A stretch of DNA of 64,000 bases from contig JBBSAJ010000009.1 in the NCBI GenBank assembly GCA_038252405.1, positions 3,670-67,669 on the forward strand, in the 5' to 3' direction. Below, one piece after another: positions 1 to 9,882 of the stretch (its first letter is position 1; every line of letters starts with the position of its first letter). The translations under genes were made by a program, and so were the position numbers. The DNA is from Actinomycetes bacterium (GTDB taxonomy: Bacteria; Actinomycetota; Actinomycetes; Prado026). Under the pieces are notes generated by a model. The model worked only from the letters and a program-made list of their open reading frames with translations, did not search any database and was not told where the DNA came from.

Positions 1-140
1 GGAGTTGTGAGATGACGAAGACCGAGCTGATGGACCACTACACCGAGCGGGTCAACGCGGCGCTGGACGCCGGCCGCGAGGATCTGGTCGAGGACCTGAC
101 CCAGGCCTACCAGGCCGAGCGGTCCCGGCTGGCTGCCTGA
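1..140 (+). CDS. 3' end of an ORF entering from upstream, or a 42-aa small protein (ATG at 12: MTKTELMDHYTERVNAALDAGREDLVEDLTQAYQAERSRLAA)
   Basis: The frame is open from nt 3 to TGA 138-140, with ATG at 12-14 preceded by GGAG. It is too short for the supplied ORF track, and a MITE copy follows immediately. Confidence 0.25.
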   Translation, partial: SCEMTKTELMDHYTERVNAALDAGREDLVEDLTQAYQAERSRLAA

Positions 141-318
141 CCCCACCCCCCGGATCTGCATGAAGGGTCCCTTCTGTGCGTAAGGTCGCACCTTCTTGCC
201 TTTCACTCATGGCGAACATCGGACGCCGGCCCGGCACTGGGGCGGTCGGGACGGCGTGGGTGAAGGGTGGGTTTGTGCGACAGCGCGCACAGAAGGGGCC
301 CTTCATGCGGGTGGGGGG
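141..318. mobile_element. MITE-like inverted-repeat element, copy 1 (diverged left arm, intact right arm ...TGTGCGACAGCGCGCACAGAAGGGGCCCTTCATGCGGGTGGGGGG)
   Basis: It shares the arm consensus CCCCACCCGCATGAAGGGCACCTTCTGTGCGCACTGCCGCACAAACCCACCCTTCACGG and its reverse complement with the six other copies. It lies directly upstream of the GNAT gene at 330. Confidence 0.7.
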
Positions 319-329
319 ATGATCTTCGG

Positions 330-869
330 GTGAAGCTTCCGAGCAGTCCCGGCTTGCGCTTCGTCCCCCTCGACGAGTCGGTTTCGGACGACGTCCTGGA
401 CGGCGTGGTCGCCGTGGCGCTGTCCAACCCGGCCTTCCTGGCCAGCCACGAGGGGTCGGCCGACGGGCCGGGCCGCTTCGACCGTTCGATGCTCGAGCGC
501 GACCTCGCAGGGGCGGCGTTGGACCCTGACCGGCACTGCTACGCCATCGTGCTCACCGCCGGCGGCCCGGTGGTCGGCTGGGCCGACGTCCTCGACCGGC
601 ACCCGCGCGACGGGGTCCCCTGGATCGGGCTGCTGGAGGTCCACGGGGACCACCACCGGCGGGGCTATGGGCGGGCGGCCGCCGACGCGCTGGCCGAGCA
701 GCAGCGGTTCCGTGGCGAGACGCGGCTGCGGGTCGGCGTCGACGAGGGGAACGACTCGGCGTCCGGATTCTGGGCGTCGCTCGGCTACCGGGAGGTCGAC
801 GTCCGGGAACGGTCCAGCCCGTCCGGCCGGCTGTCGGTCTCGGTCCGCGAGCTCGACCTGGACGCCTGA
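330..869 (+). CDS. GNAT family N-acetyltransferase
   Basis: Frame of track ORF 267..869, with GTG at 330 (VKLPSSPGLRFVPLDES...) just past the MITE end. Acetyl-CoA-binding-like motif RRGYGRAA. Confidence 0.6.
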   Translation: MKLPSSPGLRFVPLDESVSDDVLDGVVAVALSNPAFLASHEGSADGPGRFDRSMLERDLAGAALDPDRHCYAIVLTAGGPVVGWADVLDRHPRDGVPWIGLLEVHGDHHRRGYGRAAADALAEQQRFRGETRLRVGVDEGNDSASGFWASLGYREVDVRERSSPSGRLSVSVRELDLDA

Positions 870-974
870 GCCGACTCGCGGTCAGGCAGTGCGCCCGACG
901 ATGTACCCACTCGGACGCGTCCGAGGCAGCCCGACGGTCGTCGAGAGCGCTCATCGCGTCACCCTGGCCCGGCC

Positions 975-1988
975 GTGGCACGATCAGAACGTTGGGACGA
1001 CGACAGGGAGGACGGCGACGTGGAGTACGTCAAGCTGGGCCGGACGGGCCTGGAGGTCTCGCGGCTGTGTGTGGGCTGCATGAGCTTCGGCGACCCGGAC
1101 CGGGGCAACCACTCCTGGACGCTGCCCGAGGCGGACAGCCGCCCGCTCATCAAGCAGGCCCTGGACCTCGGCATCACCTTCTTCGACACGGCAAACGTCT
1201 ACTCCGACGGCAGCAGTGAGGAGATCGTCGGTCGGGCGCTGGCCGACTATGCCCGGCGCGACGAGGTGGTCATCGCCACCAAGGTGCACGGCCGGATGCG
1301 GCCGGGGCCCAACGGTGCCGGGCTGTCCCGCGGCCACATCATGACGGCGATCGACGACAGCCTGCGCCGGCTGGGCACCGACTACGTGGACCTGTACCAG
1401 ATCCACCGGTTCGACCCGACGACCCCGCTCGAGGAGACCCTCGAGGCGCTGCACGACGTGGTCAAGGCGGGCAAGGCACGCTACATCGGGGCGTCGTCCA
1501 TGTGGGCCTGGCAGTTCACCAAGGCGCTGTTCCTCGCCGACCAGCACGGCTGGACCCGCTTCGTCTCCATGCAGGACCACTACAACCTGCTCAACCGCGA
1601 GGAGGAGCGGGAGATGCTCCCGCTGTGCGCGGACCAGGGGATCGGGGTGCTGCCGTGGAGCCCGCTGGCCCGCGGCCGGCTGACCAGGCCGTGGGACGAG
1701 CAGACCGAGAGGACCCGTACCGACGTGTTCGGCCAGACCCTGTACCAGCCGGGCGACCGGGTCATCGCGGACACCGTCGGACAGGTCGCCGGGGCGCGTG
1801 GCGTCCCGCTGGCCCAGGTGGCACTGGCCTGGGTGGCCCAGCAGCCGACCGTCACCGCGCCGATCATCGGCGCGACCCGGCCGCACCACCTGACCGACGC
1901 CGTCGCCGCTCTCGACCTGCGGCTGACCGACGACGAGATGGCCCGGCTCGAGCAGTCCTACGCCCCGCGTCCCGTCGCCGGGTTCTGA
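975..1988 (+). CDS. aldo/keto reductase (alternative GTG start near 1021 after GGGAGGA)
   Basis: 337-aa ORF with typical AKR motifs (GITFFDTANVY, LDLYQIHRFD, IGASSM). Confidence 0.8.
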   Translation: MARSERWDDDREDGDVEYVKLGRTGLEVSRLCVGCMSFGDPDRGNHSWTLPEADSRPLIKQALDLGITFFDTANVYSDGSSEEIVGRALADYARRDEVVIATKVHGRMRPGPNGAGLSRGHIMTAIDDSLRRLGTDYVDLYQIHRFDPTTPLEETLEALHDVVKAGKARYIGASSMWAWQFTKALFLADQHGWTRFVSMQDHYNLLNREEEREMLPLCADQGIGVLPWSPLARGRLTRPWDEQTERTRTDVFGQTLYQPGDRVIADTVGQVAGARGVPLAQVALAWVAQQPTVTAPIIGATRPHHLTDAVAALDLRLTDDEMARLEQSYAPRPVAGF

Positions 1989-2024
1989 CCCCGCCACTGA
2001 CTGCTACCGCGAAACGAGGCCACC

Positions 2025-2915
2025 ATGACCCCCTCCTCGATCCCTCTCGACGACAATTCCAAGATCGCCCAGTACGCGCACCCGGAGCGGCTGGTCACCA
2101 CCGACTGGCTGGCCGCGCACGTCGGCGACCCCGGGCTCGTGGTCGTGGAGTCCGACGAGGATGTGCTGCTCTACGACACCGGTCACATCCCCGGCGCGGT
2201 CAAGGTGGACTGGCACCTCGACCTCAACGACCCGGTCAGCCGTGACTACATCGACAGCGCCGGGTTCGCCGACCTGATGGCCCGCAAGGGGATCAGCCGG
2301 GACACCACGGTGATCGTCTACGGCGACAAGAGCAACTGGTGGGCGGCCTACGCCCTGTGGGTGTTCAGCCTGTTCGGCCACGACGACGTGCGGCTGCTGG
2401 ACGGCGGCCGGGCCAAGTGGGTCGCCGAGGGCCGGCCCATGACGACCGACCCCGTCGTGCGGGAGCGCGCGGAGTACCCGCTGGTGCAGCGGGTGGACGC
2501 CCCGATCCGAGCCTTCCGGGACGACGTGCTGGCGCACCTGGGCAAGCCGATGGTCGACGTCCGCTCGCCCGAGGAGTACACCGGCGAGCGGCTGCACATG
2601 CCGGACTACCCGCAGGAGGGCGCGCTGCGCGGCGGGCACATCCCGGGGGCGAAGAGCGTGCCGTGGGCACGGGCCGCCGCCGAGGACGGCACCTTCCGAC
2701 CGCGGCCGGAGCTCGAGGCGATCTACCGGGACGAGGTCGGGCTGGGTCCGGACGACGACATCGTCGCCTACTGCCGCATCGGGGAGCGCTCCTCGCACAC
2801 CTGGTTCGTGCTCACCCACCTGCTCGGCTACCCGCAGGTGCGCAACTACGACGGCTCCTGGACCGAGTGGGGCAACGCCGTCCGGGTGCCGGTGGCGCAG
2901 GGGAAGGGCGCATGA
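2025..2915 (+). CDS. sseA: thiosulfate sulfurtransferase (tandem rhodanese domains, CysA/SseA-like)
   Basis: 296 aa with two rhodanese domains and the active-site motif CRIGERSSH. Confidence 0.8.
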   Translation: MTPSSIPLDDNSKIAQYAHPERLVTTDWLAAHVGDPGLVVVESDEDVLLYDTGHIPGAVKVDWHLDLNDPVSRDYIDSAGFADLMARKGISRDTTVIVYGDKSNWWAAYALWVFSLFGHDDVRLLDGGRAKWVAEGRPMTTDPVVRERAEYPLVQRVDAPIRAFRDDVLAHLGKPMVDVRSPEEYTGERLHMPDYPQEGALRGGHIPGAKSVPWARAAAEDGTFRPRPELEAIYRDEVGLGPDDDIVAYCRIGERSSHTWFVLTHLLGYPQVRNYDGSWTEWGNAVRVPVAQGKGA

Positions 2916-3352
2916 GCGAGTTGGCGCTGCCCGCGGCGCTCGAGGAGGTCGTCGAGGATTTCGCCGCCGTGGGGCCGCAGGACCGGGTGCAGCTGCTGCT
3001 CGAGCTGTCCCGCGACCTGCCGCCGCTGCCGCCGCGCTACGCCGACCATCCCGACCTGCTGGAGCCGGTGCCGGAGTGCCAGTCGCCGCTGTTCCTGGCG
3101 GTCGAGGTCGAGCCGGACCGCACCGTGCACCTGTTCTTCTCGGCGCCGCGGGAGGCCCCCACGACGCGGGGCTTCGCAGGGATCCTGCGTGAAGGGCTGG
3201 ACGGCCAGCCGGCCGACGCGGTGCTGGCCGTGCCGGACGACTTCTACGCCCGGCTCGGGCTGGCCGAGGCGGTGAGCGCGCTGCGGCTGCGTGGGATGGC
3301 CGCGATGCTGGCCCGGATCAAGCGCCAGGTGCGGGAGAAGACGGCCGGCTGA
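2912..3352 (+). CDS. SufE-like cysteine desulfuration accessory protein
   Basis: ATGA overlap with the rhodanese stop, and the rhodanese-SufE pairing is conserved in Actinobacteria. The start is residue 192 of track ORF 2339..3352, and the SufE-like motif PECQSPLFL is present. Confidence 0.7.
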   Translation: MSELALPAALEEVVEDFAAVGPQDRVQLLLELSRDLPPLPPRYADHPDLLEPVPECQSPLFLAVEVEPDRTVHLFFSAPREAPTTRGFAGILREGLDGQPADAVLAVPDDFYARLGLAEAVSALRLRGMAAMLARIKRQVREKTAG

Positions 3353-4259
3353 TCGGCGCGGTGAGGGCCCGCAGCCGCTGCACCAGCGGGGGCAGGGTCT
3401 GCTCGAGCGCCTCGACGAGCAGCAGGTGCACGTCGACGTCCACCACCAGGAGCTCCTTGGCCGGCGCGACGATCTCGTCGAACACCTGACGGGTGTAGGC
3501 CAGCGGGAACAGCGGGTCTCCTCGGCCGGCCACGACCAGGACGGGGCAGCGGATCGACCCGTCGCGCAGGCCGGACAGGTCGGCCCCGACCAGGCTGCTC
3601 AGGAACCCGAGCGGGTAGCTGCGCAGCCCGAGCGGGTCGGTCCAGAAGAAGTCGGCGTTCATCGGGTCGCTCGTGACCCGGTCCATCGTGAGATAGGCAC
3701 CGAACGGGACCGGCAGGCGTGGCGCCACCCGGCCGCCGAGCCGGAGCGCCGCCCGGAGCGCGGGGAACGCCGGGCCCAGGCGAGGCGGGAACCGGGTGAC
3801 GAGCAGGGAGCCCCGGAGGGTGGGGTCGAGGATGTTGTGGGCCACCACGGCGGTGAGGCGCTGCTCGGTGGCGGCCACGACCATCGCCAGCACGCCGCCC
3901 TGACTGGAGCCGCACACGACCACCTGCCTGCTCACCTCGCGGCGCGCCCACGCGACGGCGTCCCTGGCGTTGGTCACGAGCGTGCCGAAGGTCAGCGGAC
4001 GCCGTACCCGCGGGCTCTTGCCGTGGCCCTGGCCGTGCAGGCCGACGACGGTGAAACCGGCCCGGGCCAGGCCGTCGCAGAACTCCTCGTACAGCAGCGG
4101 GTGGGTCATGGTGCCCGGCAGGAACACCACGGCGGGCGCGCCGGGCTCGGCCCGCCACACCGACAGCACTACTGGAGCGCCGTCCGAGGTGATCACCACC
4201 TCGTCGTAGACGTCCGGACGCTGGACGGCGTTGAGGACGCGCTGGGTGGGGGTGCGCAT
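3318..4259 (-). CDS. alpha/beta hydrolase fold protein
   Basis: Nucleophile-elbow motif GSSQGG. ATG at 4259 (M8 of the track ORF) is preceded by GAGGGAGG. Confidence 0.65.
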   Translation of the reverse strand: MRTPTQRVLNAVQRPDVYDEVVITSDGAPVVLSVWRAEPGAPAVVFLPGTMTHPLLYEEFCDGLARAGFTVVGLHGQGHGKSPRVRRPLTFGTLVTNARDAVAWARREVSRQVVVCGSSQGGVLAMVVAATEQRLTAVVAHNILDPTLRGSLLVTRFPPRLGPAFPALRAALRLGGRVAPRLPVPFGAYLTMDRVTSDPMNADFFWTDPLGLRSYPLGFLSSLVGADLSGLRDGSIRCPVLVVAGRGDPLFPLAYTRQVFDEIVAPAKELLVVDVDVHLLLVEALEQTLPPLVQRLRALTAPISRPSSPAPGA

Positions 4260-4354
4260 GGCCGGACCTCCCTCGTCCATCCCAAGCCTGCACCCTGGGC
4301 GGCGGAGCGGGACCTCGGCGCGCGACGGTCACCCGGTCGCGAGACGATAGGAGG

Positions 4355-5611
4355 GTGACCCCCGAGGAGACGCTGTCCTGCGACGTGCTCGTGGTCGGCG
4401 CCGGACCCTCGGGATCGGCGGCGGCCGCCTGGCTGGCGCGCGCCGGCGTCGACGTCCTGCTCGTCGACGCGGCCACCTTCCCTCGGGACAAGCCCTGCGG
4501 CGACGGGCTCACCCCCCGGGCGATCGCTGAGCTGGAGGCGCTCGGGCTGGACGGCTGGCTGGACGGCCGGGTCCGCAGCTGGGGGCTGCGGGCGGACGGC
4601 TTCGGGCAGTCGCTGTACCTGCCGTGGCCGGGGGGCAGCCTGCCCCGCTACGGTGCGGCGGCACCGCGGCTCGAGCTGGACGCGCGGGTGCTCGGCGTGG
4701 CCACCGGCAGCGGCGCCCGGCTGCTGGAGAACGCTCGGGCCGTCGACGTGTCCATGGCCGGGGGACGGGTCGAGCAGGTGATCTTCCGCGACGGCTCGGG
4801 CGCCTACCCGGTGACCTGCCGTCGGCTGGTGGTCGCCGACGGCGCCCGTTCGCAGCTGGGCCGCCTGCTCGGCCGGGAGTGGCACCAGGACACGGCGTAC
4901 GGAGTGGCGGTCCGTGCCTACGCCAGCAGCGGGCGGTCCGACGACCCGTGGATCTCCTCGCACCTGGAGCTGCGCGGCGAGCGGGACGAGGTGCTCTCCG
5001 GATACGGCTGGGTGTTCCCGTTGGGGGAGGGCCAGGTCAACATCGGGGTGGGCACGCTGGCCACCGACCGGCACCCCGCCGACGTGAACCTGCGCCGGCT
5101 GCTGAACCAGTACACGGCCGAGCGGCGCGACGACTGGCAGCTGGACGGCCCGGTGCGTGCGCCGTGGTCGGCGCTGCTGCCCATGGGCGGGGCCGTGTCG
5201 AACGTGGCCGGCCCCAACTGGGTGCTGGTCGGGGACGCCGCCGGGTGCGTGAACCCGCTCAACGGCGAGGGCATCGACTACGGGCTGGAGACCGGCCGGC
5301 TGGCGGCCGAGGTGCTGGCGTCGTCGCGCGGCGGCGACCTGACCGAGGCCTGGCCGGGGCTGCTGCGCAGCAGCTATGGGCCGGCGTTCTCGGCTGCGCG
5401 CCGGCTCGCCGGGCTGCTGACCGTGCCGGGCTTCGTGCCGATGCTGGGGCCGGTGGGCATGCGGTCGCGGGCGCTCATGAAGCTCGCGCTGCGGGTCATG
5501 GGCAACTTCGTCACCGAGGAGGACACCGACGCGCTGGCCAGGGTGTGGCGGGCGGCGGGCCGGCTGTCCATCCGGCTGGACGAGCGCCCTCCCTTCTCCC
5601 CTCCCGCATGA
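4355..5611 (+). CDS. geranylgeranyl reductase family FAD-dependent oxidoreductase
   Basis: N-terminal FAD fold VLVVGAGPSGSAAAAWLA, GTG start after AGGAGG. The stop codon and the last residues (PPFSPPA) are encoded by MITE copy 2. Confidence 0.7.
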   Translation: MTPEETLSCDVLVVGAGPSGSAAAAWLARAGVDVLLVDAATFPRDKPCGDGLTPRAIAELEALGLDGWLDGRVRSWGLRADGFGQSLYLPWPGGSLPRYGAAAPRLELDARVLGVATGSGARLLENARAVDVSMAGGRVEQVIFRDGSGAYPVTCRRLVVADGARSQLGRLLGREWHQDTAYGVAVRAYASSGRSDDPWISSHLELRGERDEVLSGYGWVFPLGEGQVNIGVGTLATDRHPADVNLRRLLNQYTAERRDDWQLDGPVRAPWSALLPMGGAVSNVAGPNWVLVGDAAGCVNPLNGEGIDYGLETGRLAAEVLASSRGGDLTEAWPGLLRSSYGPAFSAARRLAGLLTVPGFVPMLGPVGMRSRALMKLALRVMGNFVTEEDTDALARVWRAAGRLSIRLDERPPFSPPA

Positions 5612-5658
5612 AGGTGCCCTTCTGTGCGTACTGCCGCACCAACCGCACCTTCATGAGG
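5598..5658. mobile_element. MITE-like element, copy 2 (solo left arm)
   Basis: CCCCTCCCGCATGAAGGTGCCCTTCTGTGCGTACTGCCGCACCAACCGCACCTTCATGAGG, with no partner arm. It lies between two convergent genes. Confidence 0.65.
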
Positions 5659-5680
5659 ACGGTGAGACGGACCGGGGCGC

Positions 5681-6373
5681 TCAGCCGCTTTCGAGCACCG
5701 GGTGCTCGCTGAGCCCGAGGACCCGCCAGCCACGGTCGGGGAAGCCCGCCGCGTCCGCCACGCGCGCGGAGGCCACGTTGTCCGGGGCGTGCAGGTAGGT
5801 GGGCACCGCGCCGAGGTCGAGCACGTGCCGGGCGGCCTGCGCGACGAGCCGCCGGGCCAGCCCCTGGCCGCGGCCGCGCGGCTCGGTGACGACGGCCAGC
5901 TCGTGCCCGGCCGCGTCGTGCCGCTTGATCCCGACGCCAGCCAGGTAGCGGTCGTCGTCGTCGAAGGCCATCAGCACCTGGCCACCGAACGGATGCAGCC
6001 ACTCGGGCACTCGCGGGTTGTCGACGTCCACCCAGACGCCTGCGTCGGGTAGGGAGGCCGGCTCGGTCGTCCAGCGGAAGACCCCGTGGTAGACGACGTG
6101 GCCCGGCTGGTCGACCAGGTCGGGCAGCGTCCGACGCACGTCGTCCAGGCTGGTGAGGCGGCCGTCGGCGAGCGCCGCGGCCACCGGTTCGGCGAACGCG
6201 GGCGGGACGCCGATCACCGCCTGCCCCCGCGGGTCCTGCACGCCGGTGACCGGGTGCGGCTGGCCGTCCCAGCCGGGCGCACTGTTACGCGGGTTGCCGA
6301 CGATCGTGAGGGGACCGGACGGCGGCCACCGGCCGACCCAGCCGGCCAGGTGCTCGGCCAGCCGCCCCGGCAC
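5681..6373 (-). CDS. GNAT family N-acetyltransferase (C-terminal GNAT domain)
   Basis: The lower half of track ORF 5681..7438. Candidate starts are GTG 6373 and GTG 6385; ATG 6415 lies inside the MITE arm. The upper part of that long ORF is antisense to corA and is spurious. Confidence 0.55.
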   Translation of the reverse strand: MPGRLAEHLAGWVGRWPPSGPLTIVGNPRNSAPGWDGQPHPVTGVQDPRGQAVIGVPPAFAEPVAAALADGRLTSLDDVRRTLPDLVDQPGHVVYHGVFRWTTEPASLPDAGVWVDVDNPRVPEWLHPFGGQVLMAFDDDDRYLAGVGIKRHDAAGHELAVVTEPRGRGQGLARRLVAQAARHVLDLGAVPTYLHAPDNVASARVADAAGFPDRGWRVLGLSEHPVLESG

Positions 6374-6518
6374 CCCACCCCCCACCCCTGCATGAAGGGC
6401 ACCTTCTGTGCGCATAGTGGAAGTTTCCTCCCCTTCACGCCCGGACGGCGACAGGCGTGCCGTCGTCCATGAAGGTGCGGTTTGTGCGGCAGTGCGCACA
6501 GAGGTGCCCTTCATGCGG
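6374..6518. mobile_element. MITE-like element, copy 3 (full: left arm, about 30 bp core, right arm)
   Basis: Both about 60 bp arms are present as inverted repeats. It occupies the divergent promoter region between the GNAT (-) and corA (+) genes. Confidence 0.75.
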
Positions 6519-6532
6519 AATAGGGTGGCGCG

Positions 6533-7525
6533 GTGGGCGAGCCGCGGGAGCAGGGGGCGCGGACCCGGCTGTACCGGAGCGGGGTGCTGGCCGGGGAGAA
6601 CTTCGCAGTCGAGCAGATCAGCGAGTACCTGGCCGAGCCGGACACGGTGGTGTGGGTCGACCTGTGCGCGCCGGACGACGCCATCGTCGCGCTGGTGGCC
6701 GACGAGCTCAACCTGCACGACCTGGCCGTGGCCGACGCGGTGGCCCCCCTGCAGCGGCCCAAGCTCGACCGGTACGCCAACCACGCGTTCCTGAACGTCT
6801 ACGCGGTGAAGCTGGACCGGGTGACCGGGCGGCTGGCGCAGGCCGAGCTGTCGGCGTTCATCACGCCGAAGGCGCTGGTCACGGTCCGCAAGGACCCGGC
6901 GTTCGACATGGACGGCGTGGTGGAGCGATGGGACCAGTCTCCGGACCTGGCCCTCCACGGCGTCGGGTACCTGCTGCACGGGCTGCTGGACCACGTCGTC
7001 GACGGCCACTTCGAGGTCGTGCAGAGCCTGGACGAGGAGATCGAGAAGCTCGAGGACCTGCTGTTCGACGACGGGTCGCGCTCGAACGACGTGCAGCGGC
7101 GCAGTTTCGAGCTGCGCAAGAGCCTGGTCACCCTGCGCCGGGTGGTGCTGCCGATGCGCGAGGTGGTCAACTCGCTGATGCGGCGCGACCTCAAGGTGAT
7201 CAACGAGCCGATGGTCCCGTACTTCCAGGACGTCTACGACCATGTGCTGCGAGCGACCGAGTGGACCGAGTCGCTGCGGGACATGGTCACCACGATCCTG
7301 GAGACCAACCTGACCATCCAGGGGAACCGGCTCAACGTCATCACCAAGAAGGTCACCAGCTGGGCGGCGATCATCGCGGTCCCCACGGCGATCACCGGGT
7401 TCTACGGGCAGAACCTGCCTTACCCGGGGTTCGCGCACCAGAGCGGCTTCGTCGTCTCCAGCCTGCTCATCGTGGGGATGTCCGTCGGCCTGTACGTCAC
7501 CTTCCGGCGCAAGGACTGGCTGTAG
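6533..7525 (+). CDS. corA: CorA-family divalent cation transporter (GQN variant of the GMN motif)
   Basis: 330 aa with two C-terminal transmembrane helices and YGQNLPYPG at the CorA signature position. Confidence 0.75.
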   Translation: MGEPREQGARTRLYRSGVLAGENFAVEQISEYLAEPDTVVWVDLCAPDDAIVALVADELNLHDLAVADAVAPLQRPKLDRYANHAFLNVYAVKLDRVTGRLAQAELSAFITPKALVTVRKDPAFDMDGVVERWDQSPDLALHGVGYLLHGLLDHVVDGHFEVVQSLDEEIEKLEDLLFDDGSRSNDVQRRSFELRKSLVTLRRVVLPMREVVNSLMRRDLKVINEPMVPYFQDVYDHVLRATEWTESLRDMVTTILETNLTIQGNRLNVITKKVTSWAAIIAVPTAITGFYGQNLPYPGFAHQSGFVVSSLLIVGMSVGLYVTFRRKDWL

Positions 7526-7537
7526 GGACGGCGTCCG

Positions 7538-7993
7538 CTAGGAGACGGTGCCCTCGAAGAGCGCCGAGAGGTCCAGCGACGGCACGTGGCGTTGGCTGGC
7601 CAGGGACACATAGGTGCGGGCCAGGGCGTCCTTGCCGGCACCCAGCACGGTGCTGAGCAGGCCGATCGCCTCGGCCAGCTCCGCCTGCGGCACGATCTGG
7701 AGGAGGTGTCGCCACATGGCCTCCTCCAGCGCGTTGTAGGCGGTCTGCACCTCACCGATGTCGAAGCCGGCCTCGAACCGTTCGGTGGCCACCTTCTCCG
7801 AGTAGCGCACGATGCTGGCCAGCTCGCGGTCGTGGATCCCCGCGACCACCAGCTCGAACAGGTTGGCCAGGCAGCGGCGGGTGGTCTCCTCGCCGAACGC
7901 CTCGTAGTGGACCGGGTGCGAGCGCTCGAGCGCCGCGTACGACTCCGACAGGACCTGGTCCCGGGCATCCCCCAGGACGACGTCGACATCCAT
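7538..7993 (-). CDS. stand-alone RsbR-N (non-heme globin-like sensor) domain protein
   Basis: ATG at 7993 (M33 of the track ORF) follows GGGAGG. The sequence resembles the N-terminal sensor domain of the stressosome protein RsbR. Confidence 0.4.
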   Translation of the reverse strand: MDVDVVLGDARDQVLSESYAALERSHPVHYEAFGEETTRRCLANLFELVVAGIHDRELASIVRYSEKVATERFEAGFDIGEVQTAYNALEEAMWRHLLQIVPQAELAEAIGLLSTVLGAGKDALARTYVSLASQRHVPSLDLSALFEGTVS

Positions 7994-8127
7994 CAGTCCG
8001 ACCTCCCGCATCAGGTGGATCCCAGCATGCCACCTCGCGCACGGCGGGCCGGAACGCGGGGCAGGCAACAGTTGCTCTAACCTAAGCAACTTCCAACGTC
8101 ACCACTGTCACCGGAGACCCCCTGACC

Positions 8128-9882
8128 ATGACCGTGAACTCAGCCGAGCCCGCCACCGATCGCGGTCGATACGACCAGAGCCACCCGCACTACAAGTGGG
8201 TCGCGCTGTCCAACACGACGATGGCCATGCTCGCGGTCACGATCAACTCGTCGATCGTGATCATCAGTCTGCCGGCCATCTTCCGGGGCATCGGCCTGGA
8301 CCCGCTCGGGGCCGGGAACGTGAGCTACCTGCTGTGGACGCTCATGGGCTACCTGCTGGCCACGGCGGTGTTCGTCGTCACGTTCGGCCGGCTCGGGGAC
8401 ATGTACGGGCGGGTGCGGATCTACAACCTCGGGTTCGTGGTGCTCACCGTCGCCTCGATCGCGCTGTCGGTCGACCCGTTCCACGCCGGTGCCGGCGGGC
8501 TGTGGCTGATCGGCTGGCGGGTGGTCCAGGGAATCGGTGGGGCGATGCTGTTCGCCAATGCCACCGCGATACTCACCGACGCGTTCCCGGCCACCCAGCG
8601 GGGCTTCGCCCTCGGAATCAACCAGATCGCGGCCATCGCCGGTTCGTTCCTGGGGCTGGTCATCGGTGGCGTGCTGTCCGAGTGGGACTGGCGGGCGGTC
8701 TTCTGGGTCAGCGTGCCGGTCGGGCTGTTCGGCACGGTCTGGTCCTACCGGTCGCTGCACGACACCGGACGGCGCCGTCCCGGCCGGCTGGACTGGCCGG
8801 GCAACCTCACCTTCGCGGTCGGGGTGAGCGTGCTGCTGGCCGCGATCACCTACGGCATCCAGCCCTATGGCGGTCACACCATGGGCTGGACCAGCCCGGC
8901 GGTGCTGACCGGGCTGATCGGTGGCGTGGCCCTGATCGTGGCGTTCGGGATCATCGAGACCCACACCGCCGAGCCCATGTTCCACATGGGGCTGTTCCGG
9001 ATCCGGGCCTTCGGGCTGGGCAACCTGGCCGGGCTGCTGGCCAGCATGGGCCGCGGCGGCCTGCAGTTCATGCTGATCATCTGGCTGCAGGGGGCCTGGC
9101 TGCCCCTGCACGGCTACGACTACTCCAGCACCCCGCTGTGGGCCGGCATCTACCTGCTCCCACTGTCCGCGGGGTTCCTGCTCGCCGGGCCGGCGTCCGG
9201 GTGGCTGTCCGACCGCTACGGCGCGCGCCCGTTCGCCGTCCTCGGGCTGCTGGTGGTGGCCGCGTCGTTCCTAGGGCTGGCCATGCTGCCGGTGGACTTC
9301 CCCTACTGGGCCTTCGCCCTGCTCATCGCCCTGAACGGGATCGGCTCCGGGCTGTTCTCCTCGCCCAACGCCAGCGCGATCATGAGCAGCGTGCCGGCGA
9401 GCGAGCGCGGAGCCGCGTCCGGCATGCGGGGCACATTCTTCAACTCCGGGTCGGCGCTGTCGATCGGGATCTTCTTCTCGGTGATGATCGTCGGGCTGGC
9501 GTCGGTGCTGCCCGACGCGCTGCGGACCGGCCTGACCGCCCAGAGCGTCCCGTCCACCGTGGCCGACCAGGTCTCCGGGCTGTCGCCCGTGGGCAGCCTG
9601 TTCGCGGCCTTCCTCGGCTACAACCCGATGCGGACGCTGCTGCAGCCGTTCGGCGTCCTCGACACGCTGCCGCACCAGGACGTCGCCACGGTGGACGGGA
9701 CCCGGTTCTTCCCGCAGCTCATCGCCGAGCCGCTGCACCACGGACTCGTCGTGGTCTTCGCCGTGGCTGCGCTGATGATGGTCATCGCCGCGATAGCGTC
9801 ATGGTTGGCGGGTGGGCGTTTCGTGTACGAGGAGGCGCTCTCCACCGGTTCCTCTACAGCACTAGCAGGGAGCGCCTCATGA
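8128..9882 (+). CDS. MFS transporter, DHA2/EmrB-QacA family (14 transmembrane segments)
   Basis: 584-aa polytopic protein with MFS motifs. Confidence 0.8.
   Translation: MTVNSAEPATDRGRYDQSHPHYKWVALSNTTMAMLAVTINSSIVIISLPAIFRGIGLDPLGAGNVSYLLWTLMGYLLATAVFVVTFGRLGDMYGRVRIYNLGFVVLTVASIALSVDPFHAGAGGLWLIGWRVVQGIGGAMLFANATAILTDAFPATQRGFALGINQIAAIAGSFLGLVIGGVLSEWDWRAVFWVSVPVGLFGTVWSYRSLHDTGRRRPGRLDWPGNLTFAVGVSVLLAAITYGIQPYGGHTMGWTSPAVLTGLIGGVALIVAFGIIETHTAEPMFHMGLFRIRAFGLGNLAGLLASMGRGGLQFMLIIWLQGAWLPLHGYDYSSTPLWAGIYLLPLSAGFLLAGPASGWLSDRYGARPFAVLGLLVVAASFLGLAMLPVDFPYWAFALLIALNGIGSGLFSSPNASAIMSSVPASERGAASGMRGTFFNSGSALSIGIFFSVMIVGLASVLPDALRTGLTAQSVPSTVADQVSGLSPVGSLFAAFLGYNPMRTLLQPFGVLDTLPHQDVATVDGTRFFPQLIAEPLHHGLVVVFAVAALMMVIAAIASWLAGGRFVYEEALSTGSSTALAGSAS

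Noticed and set aside
3244-4512. Long antisense or alternative-frame ORFs throughout the window (examples: 3244-4512 -, 3291-4358 +, the upper half of 5681-7438 -, 26915-30133 - at 1072 aa, 23071-24777 -, 35380-36192 +, 43139-44365 +)
   Set aside because: They are typical GC-rich no-stop artefacts, with Arg/Pro/Gly-rich low-complexity translations. They are antisense to ORFs that have clear domain signatures.
6415-6415. ATG 6415 as the start of GNAT 5681-6373
   Set aside because: That start lies inside the MITE arm. GTG 6373/6385 immediately outside the element is the more plausible start, and the choice remains uncertain.
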